From Ignavibacteriales bacterium (GTDB taxonomy: Bacteria > Bacteroidota > Ignavibacteria > UBA10030), in the NCBI GenBank assembly GCA_026390575.1, contig JAPLFR010000015.1, positions 107,101 through 171,100 of the forward strand: a stretch of 64,000 nt of DNA, read 5' to 3'. The position numbers were made by a program, and so were the translations under genes. Shown in pieces: positions 58,537 to 64,000 of this stretch (position 1 is the stretch's first letter; each line of letters begins with the position of its first letter). The notes beneath the pieces are model-generated. The model was given only the letters and a program-made list of their open reading frames with translations, was not told the DNA's origin and did not search any database.

Positions 58537-58790
58537 AAACGAAAACTGTAAACAAACTACATTGTAGCGAAGTGGCAAAATATGTCTGCGAGAATCTGGA
58601 CGAACATCTGAATTCCAGAAAATGCCGCGCAATCAGAAAGCATCTTCAAACCTGTCCAAAATGCACGTCGCAATTAGAGTCACTTAAAAAAACCGTATTT
58701 CTTTATCGAAATTGCCCTGTTCCTGGCATTTCAGAACAATCCCACAAGAAGTTAATGGCTGGTTTGTCATTGATGATAGCGAAGAAATAA
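58533..58790 (+). CDS. Putative zinc-finger anti-sigma factor
   Basis: Overlaps the sigma stop (ATGA). HxxxCxxC motif (HLQTCPKCTSQ) and an additional Cys (HCSEVAKYVCE). Confidence 0.6.
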   Translation: MKTKTVNKLHCSEVAKYVCENLDEHLNSRKCRAIRKHLQTCPKCTSQLESLKKTVFLYRNCPVPGISEQSHKKLMAGLSLMIAKK

Positions 58791-58936
58791 TTACCTGCTG
58801 TAGTTGCAGCATTCCGCTCAATTTCTACTTCTCATAATTCTTTTTCTTTTAGATGAACCCTTTTCGCCCAACTCTGCATCCTATTACTGAACACTTGAAT
58901 TAGAACTATGGATTCTCCAATATTGAAAATTATATT

Positions 58937-59119
58937 ATGGCACTTACAATAAATTCTTATGTATGTCCGCAGAACCATCGTTGTCCTATCTTGAACATTT
59001 GTCCCATGGAAGCAATATCTCAAGAAGGTAAAGGCTTGCCTGTTATTGATGAAAGCAAATGTGCTGAATGTATGGATTGTGTCAGTTATTGTCCCATGCA
59101 AGCTGTCCAACAAAATTAA
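58937..59119 (+). CDS. Small 2x[4Fe-4S]-type ferredoxin-like protein (60 aa)
   Basis: CPQNHRCPILNICP and CAECMDCVSYCP motifs. Confidence 0.55.
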   Translation: MALTINSYVCPQNHRCPILNICPMEAISQEGKGLPVIDESKCAECMDCVSYCPMQAVQQN

Positions 59120-59196
59120 AAGCGGTTCTTATTTACAACGTCAAGGCAGTGGAAGGACAACCGCGATAGCAAATGCGACAAAGCATTGTTGTCAAA

Positions 59197-59424
59197 TCAC
59201 AACTGCTGTTTCTTACGTTCCCCAATTGTCAAGATAAGTCCCATACCTGCGCCATATGCAGTGCTTATCCAGGGATTGCGTGTGATTGGACATGTGCCGG
59301 TACTGCATCCGATATAGTAATAGTATGCGTATCCTCCTAAAGCCCCGATAAGAGAAAACAGTATCCGCTTTCGCCAGATTGATCCTGCCAAGTATTCTTT
59401 CAGCCGAAGAATGAGTGATTTCAT
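59197..59424 (-). CDS. Small membrane protein with GCSTGTCP (CxxxxC) motif
   Basis: 75 aa and two TM helices. The Cys pair sits at the membrane interface. Translationally coupled to trxA upstream on the same strand. Confidence 0.45.
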   Translation of the reverse strand: MKSLILRLKEYLAGSIWRKRILFSLIGALGGYAYYYYIGCSTGTCPITRNPWISTAYGAGMGLILTIGERKKQQL

Positions 59425-59801
59425 TGAACTACCGCTGCTTCTTGGTTGGATATTATCAAATCACTGTCAATAATTCTTTTCAATTCGTTTTTCGGCAAGG
59501 CACCCAACGCCATCTTCGGCTCTCCATTGAGCGGAATAAAGAGCAGCGAGGGAATACTTTGAATACCGAACATGCCTGCAAGCTCTTGCTCTTCTTCCGT
59601 ATTCACTTTATAGAAATTTACCTTCCCGGCATATTCTTTGGAAAGTTCATCAATGACCGGACCTACCATACGGCACGGCCCGCACCACGGCGCCCAAAAG
59701 TCCACGAGTGCTGGAAGATTCCCCTCATATTTCCACTCTTTATTCTTTTCAAAATTAAAGACTTTATCGCGGAAGGTTTCTTTGTTGAGATGTTCTGACA
59801 T
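59421..59801 (-). CDS. trxA: Thioredoxin
   Basis: WAPWCGPCRMVGPV active site. RBS AGGAGA. Confidence 0.9.
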   Translation of the reverse strand: MSEHLNKETFRDKVFNFEKNKEWKYEGNLPALVDFWAPWCGPCRMVGPVIDELSKEYAGKVNFYKVNTEEEQELAGMFGIQSIPSLLFIPLNGEPKMALGALPKNELKRIIDSDLIISNQEAAVVQ

Positions 59802-59966
59802 GGTTGTTCTCCTTTGTTAATTTATTACATTATCTTTGTTACAGATAAGATGATGGTGAAATGAAAACGATTCATCTTTCTTAGAAAAAATTTTTAATAC
59901 ACGAATCCTTTCCAGTCTGCCGGCATCCTATCTATAAACCGTTTACATACATAAAGGAGCAATATC

Positions 59967-60176
59967 ATGAAACGAAATATGGGTTCCATCGACAAAGGTG
60001 TTCGTATTCTTGTTGCTGCAGTTATAGCGGTTCTGTACTTTACAGGTCAAATCAGTGGTACACTAGCCATAATTTTTGGTATCCTTGCAGTCATATTTCT
60101 ATTGACAAGTGCAATCGGGTTCTGCCCGTTGTATCTGCCGTTGAAGCTTTCGACAATAAAAAAGAAAGATGCTTAA
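59967..60176 (+). CDS. DUF2892 (YgaP-like) small membrane protein
   Basis: 69 aa, two TM helices, conserved …GFCPLY… motif. RBS AAGGAG. Confidence 0.6.
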   Translation: MKRNMGSIDKGVRILVAAVIAVLYFTGQISGTLAIIFGILAVIFLLTSAIGFCPLYLPLKLSTIKKKDA

Positions 60177-60408
60177 AGGAAACCAAGTGCAGCAACGAAT
60201 CATTGTCAGAAATGTGTTGAAGGGAATTGGTTTCCTTGGGATCGTTCTCTTTCTTCTGGGAATCCCCAGGAATTATTTTTTATTGATCGGTTCAGGTGCT
60301 GCACTCTTTCTTGGCCTCACAGATTTCGGCAGGCAGTGTCCTTTGATTCTTTCTGTTCAATATCATCTTAACAGGATGAAATCAAAGAGACAGTCTCAAG
60401 TTATCTAA
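60169..60408 (+). CDS. DUF2892-like small membrane protein (paralog)
   Basis: 79 aa, two TM helices, …GRQCPLI… motif. Confidence 0.45.
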   Translation: MLKGNQVQQRIIVRNVLKGIGFLGIVLFLLGIPRNYFLLIGSGAALFLGLTDFGRQCPLILSVQYHLNRMKSKRQSQVI

Positions 60409-60494
60409 CGTATTGGACGGTTCTTGTTTTTATCACTTTTCTCTTGTTAATTGACAAGGGAATATTCACCAGCGATAAAAAGGACTCCATAACT

Positions 60495-60857
60495 ATGGGA
60501 AATATAATTTCATATCTGCTTTTAGGTTTAGCCGCTGGCATTCTTAGCGGACTTGTAGGGATAGGCGGCGGCATTTTGTTTGTTCCCGCACTTGTATTTC
60601 TTTTTGGTTTTTCACAACAGCAGGCACAGGGAACGACACTTGCACTTCTCGTTCCTCCAATTGGTCTTCTTGCAGCATGGACATATTATCAACACGGTTT
60701 TGTGGATTTAAAGGTAGCAGCATTTATCGCAGCTGGCTTTATTGTCGGCAGCTTACTCGGTGCGCGCTATGCGATAGGAATATCAAACGATATGCTCGGA
60801 AAAATATTTGGTGTATTTCTTGTAGCTGTTGGACTGAAGATGATTTTTGGAAAGTAA
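60495..60857 (+). CDS. TauE/SafE (DUF81) family anion exporter, half-size (4 TM)
   Basis: …LLGLAAGILSGLVGIGGGILFVPALV… is the characteristic G-rich TM1 motif. About 120 aa, so presumably functions as a dimer. Confidence 0.65.
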   Translation: MGNIISYLLLGLAAGILSGLVGIGGGILFVPALVFLFGFSQQQAQGTTLALLVPPIGLLAAWTYYQHGFVDLKVAAFIAAGFIVGSLLGARYAIGISNDMLGKIFGVFLVAVGLKMIFGK

Positions 60858-60864
60858 TTGAAAA

Positions 60865-61119
60865 ATGATACAGAATGAAGAGCTCATCAACGAGCAACAA
60901 TTTCTGCACCTCAATCAGATACGACAATCTGAACTCATTACGAAACATTGCTCTAGCATTGAAAAGAGCATACGCGATGCTCGATCCAAAGTAGAAGCGG
61001 AACAGATTGCAAGCAAAGCATATAATAAATTTGAAAGTGAATGTACAAGCAGCATTGTCCGTTTGGCACTTGCGCAATACATGCAAGCTAAAGTAACGCA
61101 CTATTGGAGTAAGAAATAA
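60865..61119 (+). CDS. Hypothetical protein
   Basis: 84-aa ORF starting 8 nt after the TauE stop. No recognisable motif. Confidence 0.35.
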   Translation: MIQNEELINEQQFLHLNQIRQSELITKHCSSIEKSIRDARSKVEAEQIASKAYNKFESECTSSIVRLALAQYMQAKVTHYWSKK

Positions 61120-61137
61120 TTTTATTCGAGAGACGAT

Positions 61138-61680
61138 ATGCACGAACGCAGATTTCATGGAGAAATAGAACGCCTTCGAACCCCGCAACGCCTTGCACTC
61201 CTCGAAGTAGAACGGGTTGTCGACCTGTGTCTTGAAGGAATTCAAGCGACAAATGTGTTGGATGTGGGAACAGGAAGCGGAATATTTGCAGAAGCATTTT
61301 CAAAAAGAGGAATGAATGTAACAGGGATTGATCCGAATCCAGAAATGTTAAAGGCAGCAAAGGACTTTGTCCCTGCCGGAAAATTTCAACAAGGTACAAT
61401 TGAGGAAATACCATTTAAAGACAAATCAGTCGATCTCGTTTTCTTGGGCCATGTCCTGCACGAATCGGACAATATTGTTAAAGCACTTTCCGAATCCAAA
61501 CGTGTAGCAAAGCAAAAAGTCTGCGTCCTTGAATGGCCATACAAACAGGAAGAAAGTGGCCCACCCTTAGAACACCGTCTTAAATCAGAAGAAATTCTTA
61601 CAGCTGTAAAACAAGCGGGCTTCTCTTCTGTGGAAACAATTCAGTTACTGCATATGGTGTTGTTTAGATTAATCATCTGA
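61138..61680 (+). CDS. Class I SAM-dependent methyltransferase (Methyltransf_11-like)
   Basis: Motif I VLDVGTGSGIFAE, motif post-I (…NVTGIDPNPEML…), motif II (…VDLVFLGHVLHE…). Confidence 0.75.
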   Translation: MHERRFHGEIERLRTPQRLALLEVERVVDLCLEGIQATNVLDVGTGSGIFAEAFSKRGMNVTGIDPNPEMLKAAKDFVPAGKFQQGTIEEIPFKDKSVDLVFLGHVLHESDNIVKALSESKRVAKQKVCVLEWPYKQEESGPPLEHRLKSEEILTAVKQAGFSSVETIQLLHMVLFRLII

Positions 61681-61855
61681 TTGCCTAACGCTGGTAAAAT
61701 CATGCGTTAACTCACCCAACCTACATCTTTCCATTTTTTGACAATACGCTCTAAACGGATTTCAATATCTGCATAAAATTTAATGCGATTTGCTAATAAT
61801 TCTCTTTTTTCGAGGTTTTTACACGGTACAATAGTTGCTAATTATAAATGTAACT

Positions 61856-62320
61856 ATGAAAACCGAGACAAAAGAATCGACAGTCTATTCTATTGGTAAA
61901 GTTGCCAAATTGCTTGGGGTGTCAGCCCAAATACTCCGGCTTTATGAAGAACGCGGATTAATGCTCATTCAAAAAAGTGCTGGCAATCAGCGTATCTACA
62001 CGGAAGATGATATAGAACGTATTCGATGTATTCGCAACGCCATCAACGAACAGAAGATCAGTATGGAAGGTATTCGTAAGATTCATTCTCTGATACCTTG
62101 CTGGGAAATGGTGAGTTGTCCTCCGGAAAAACGAAATGACTGCCTTGCATACGGCTCACACAATGCCGGGTGCTGGACCTTCGAACAAAAGAACACCGAT
62201 TGTGCAACACGCGAATGCCGGTTATGTAAAGTGTATCAACTTTCATCTGATTGCGGGAATATAAAGAAACTGATTCAACGATCACTCAGTGTCTCTGAGC
62301 GAAAAGATTCTTCCTCTTAA
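61856..62320 (+). CDS. MerR-family transcriptional regulator with Cys-rich C-terminal domain
   Basis: HTH YSIGKVAKLLGVSAQILRLYEERGL. C-terminal CWEMVSCP…CLAYGSHNAGCW…CATRECRLC. The ORF tool's TTG start at 61835 is replaced by ATG 61856. Confidence 0.75.
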   Translation: MKTETKESTVYSIGKVAKLLGVSAQILRLYEERGLMLIQKSAGNQRIYTEDDIERIRCIRNAINEQKISMEGIRKIHSLIPCWEMVSCPPEKRNDCLAYGSHNAGCWTFEQKNTDCATRECRLCKVYQLSSDCGNIKKLIQRSLSVSERKDSSS

Positions 62321-62338
62321 AACAAGGAATCCATTCAC

Positions 62339-63913
62339 ATGAATAAAACGATTATCAGCGTCGGGCTTGGTGTTCTTGTGTTTTCGTTGACTGTCATGTT
62401 GACTCTATCTGATCATGGCACACCAACAACACCGCTTACGACCTTGCGCAAGAAATACCGTCAGAAAGAAACACCCTCTGTCGACCACACACAATTTTCG
62501 CAGCTCAAAAAACATTTTTCCAAACCGCAGGAAGTCACTTTTGCATGCATTGCTTGCCATAACGAACGCCACAAAGAAGTGATGCAATCCAGTCATTGGA
62601 ATTGGGAACGACAGGAGTATGTGGAAGGAAAAGGAATACGAACGCTCGGCAAGAAAAATATTCTGAACAATTTTTGTATCGGCATTTCCGGCAATGAACA
62701 AAGCTGCAACAAATGTCATATTGGATACGGCTGGGGAGATGAGAAATTTGATTTTAAGAATCCGCTGAATGTTGACTGCCTTGCATGCCATGATAATAGC
62801 AACAAATACATAAAAGCAGTTGGCGGAGCCGGCATGCCCGACGCTTCGGTGAATTTAGCAAATGTCGCTCAGCATGTCGGAAAACCGATGCGCGCGAATT
62901 GCGGAACATGCCATTTCTTCGGCGGCGGTGGAAATAATGTGAAGCACGGCGACCTTGAAAACGCGCTCTTCGATCCCTCGCGCGATGTCGATGTGCATAT
63001 GGCGTCGGACGGAGAAGATATGCAGTGCGTGGATTGCCATACCGCACGCAAACATCAGATGCTCGGCAAGATGTATTCCGTTTCTTCCATGAACCGCAAC
63101 CGCGTCGAATGCGAGCAATGCCATACAACCCTTCCGCATGCAGATGATGTTCTGAATAAGCATACGTTAAAAGTGGCCTGCCAGGCCTGTCATATTCCTG
63201 AATACGCTAAGGTCAATCCAACTAAATTGCATTGGGATTGGTCAACAGCGGGAAAATTAAAGGACGGAAAGCCGTACGAAGAAACTGATTCTAACGGCGT
63301 CGATGTGTATATGTCCATCAAAGGGTCATTTGTTTGGGGCAAGAATCTGAAACCGGAATATATCTGGTTCAACGGAACCGCATCGCACTATTTGGTTGGT
63401 GATACGATAAACCCTTCGGCACCGGTAAAACTCAATACGTTATATGGGAGCTATGATGATCCTGATTCAAAGATTGTTCCGGTGAAAATACATCGTGCGA
63501 AACAAATTTATGACCTGCAGAACAAATACCTTATTCAGCCGAAAACCTTTTCAACAAAAAAAGGGGATGGTGGATACTGGAAAGAGTTCGATTGGAACAG
63601 GGCATCTGAAGAAGGAATGAAATTAATTAACCTTCCCTATAGCGGTAAGTACGGTTTTATAGAAACTGAAATGACTTGGCCGGTGAATCATATGATTTCA
63701 CCGAAAATCAAAACCGTGCCGTGTGCAGAATGCCACACACGCAATAATGGGCGAATCGCTTCTCTTACCGGATTCTACATCCCTGGAAGAGATTATATTT
63801 CCTGGGTAGAATATCTTGGAACTGGATTAATTCTGATCACACTTGCTGGTGTGCTGATTCATGGCGGTGTGCGCATAGCAGCATCGCGAAAGCAGAAGGA
63901 GAAAAATACATGA
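62339..63913 (+). CDS. Octaheme c-type cytochrome, membrane-anchored
   Basis: Eight CxxCH motifs (CIACH, CNKCH, CLACH, CGTCH, CVDCH, CEQCH, CQACH, CAECH), an N-terminal signal anchor, and a C-terminal TM helix. Confidence 0.85.
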   Translation: MNKTIISVGLGVLVFSLTVMLTLSDHGTPTTPLTTLRKKYRQKETPSVDHTQFSQLKKHFSKPQEVTFACIACHNERHKEVMQSSHWNWERQEYVEGKGIRTLGKKNILNNFCIGISGNEQSCNKCHIGYGWGDEKFDFKNPLNVDCLACHDNSNKYIKAVGGAGMPDASVNLANVAQHVGKPMRANCGTCHFFGGGGNNVKHGDLENALFDPSRDVDVHMASDGEDMQCVDCHTARKHQMLGKMYSVSSMNRNRVECEQCHTTLPHADDVLNKHTLKVACQACHIPEYAKVNPTKLHWDWSTAGKLKDGKPYEETDSNGVDVYMSIKGSFVWGKNLKPEYIWFNGTASHYLVGDTINPSAPVKLNTLYGSYDDPDSKIVPVKIHRAKQIYDLQNKYLIQPKTFSTKKGDGGYWKEFDWNRASEEGMKLINLPYSGKYGFIETEMTWPVNHMISPKIKTVPCAECHTRNNGRIASLTGFYIPGRDYISWVEYLGTGLILITLAGVLIHGGVRIAASRKQKEKNT

Positions 63914-64000
63914 AACGTGAATATGTCTATAAATCCTTCGAACGCTTCTGGCACTGGATGCAGGCACTATTGATTATCTTTCTCGGGTTCACGGGATTTG
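63910..64000 (+). CDS. b-type cytochrome membrane subunit (FdnI / Ni-Fe hydrogenase cytochrome b-like), 3'-partial
   Basis: MKREYVYKSFERFWHWMQALLIIFLGFTGF: the RFxHW motif and first TM helix typical of this family. ATGA overlap with the octaheme cytochrome gene. Confidence 0.55.
   Translation, partial: MKREYVYKSFERFWHWMQALLIIFLGFTGF

Noticed and set aside
58832-59113. 93-aa minus-strand ORF overlapping the small ferredoxin
   Set aside because: The plus-strand 60-aa frame has two complete CxxCxxCxxxCP cluster-binding motifs. The minus frame has none.
60739-61245. 168-aa minus-strand ORF
   Set aside because: Overlaps the methyltransferase (clear motifs I-II) and the small plus-strand ORF. 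It has no RBS and is most likely a shadow ORF.
62339-63913. Considered a respiratory arsenate reductase (Arr) or arsenite oxidase
   Set aside because: Those are molybdopterin enzymes. This protein is a pure multiheme c-type cytochrome, and no Mo-bisPGD subunit is present in the window.
1-64000. Looked for tRNA, rRNA, CRISPR arrays, transposases, integrases and defence-system nucleases
   Set aside because: I could recognise none. There are no GGTTCGAATCC-type T-arms in intergenic regions, no repeat-spacer arrays, and no IS or integrase ORFs. The only mobile-DNA signatures are the duplicated gene 3' end at 1805-3365 and the low-GC four-helix-bundle insert.

Overview
This 64-kb window reads best as an Ignavibacteria/FCB-group-like chromosome. 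I infer that from a T9SS C-terminal sorting domain, the dcw gene order without ddl, and GC near mid-40%, so treat the taxon call as tentative.

Contents in order:
- A 5'-truncated MacB/LolD-type ABC ATPase and its FtsX permease. The permease 3' end plus its terminator hairpin is duplicated about 1.4 kb downstream, and the two copies flank an AT-rich orphan gene.
- A T9SS-sorted BNR-repeat protein and a YVTN beta-propeller protein.
- A TolC / periplasmic-adaptor / RND (CzcA/CusA-like) efflux operon.
- An MBL-fold hydrolase, a periplasmic MsrA-MsrB fusion, and a Spy/CpxP-like LTXXQ protein.
- mreD-mrdA-rodA, a 2-Cys peroxiredoxin, a HAD hydrolase, and a Tat-signal enolase-superfamily epimerase.
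- A complete dcw cluster: mraZ (with GTGGG-type MraZ repeats upstream), rsmH, ftsL-like, ftsI, murE, murF, mraY, murD, ftsW, murG, murC, murB, ftsQ, ftsA, ftsZ. A low-GC four-helix-bundle gene sits between ftsA and ftsZ.

The last third (about 41-58 kb) is a dense metalloid island:
- arsR-arsM-nitroreductase-arsC run directly into an hgcA/hgcB-like corrinoid-protein/ferredoxin pair (cap-helix motif NVWCSAGKG; HgcB signature CMECGAC).
- A second arsR precedes a DUF318/ArsP-like permease (TPFCSCS motif) bracketed by two small redox-active-disulfide thioredoxin-like genes, then a periplasmic thioredoxin and CcdA.
- A third arsR precedes a run of small proteins that all end in vicinal-cysteine tails: a CMD/AhpD-like protein, an FmdB zinc ribbon (…NCC), an ArsD-like protein, two YlbF-like proteins (…CCG), and a membrane-anchored tandem thioredoxin-like protein (…SCCGSKK). 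A MacB-type ABC exporter whose periplasmic domain carries a CC pair follows.
- A fourth arsR precedes arsD-arsA-arsC-acr3.

Downstream are an ECF sigma/anti-sigma pair, a small 2x[4Fe-4S] ferredoxin, trxA, two DUF2892 proteins, a half-size TauE/SafE, a SAM methyltransferase, a Cys-rich MerR regulator, an octaheme c-type cytochrome, and the start of a b-type cytochrome.

I recognised no tRNA, rRNA, CRISPR array, transposase or integrase. All calls come from reading the sequence and ORF translations; no database searches were run.
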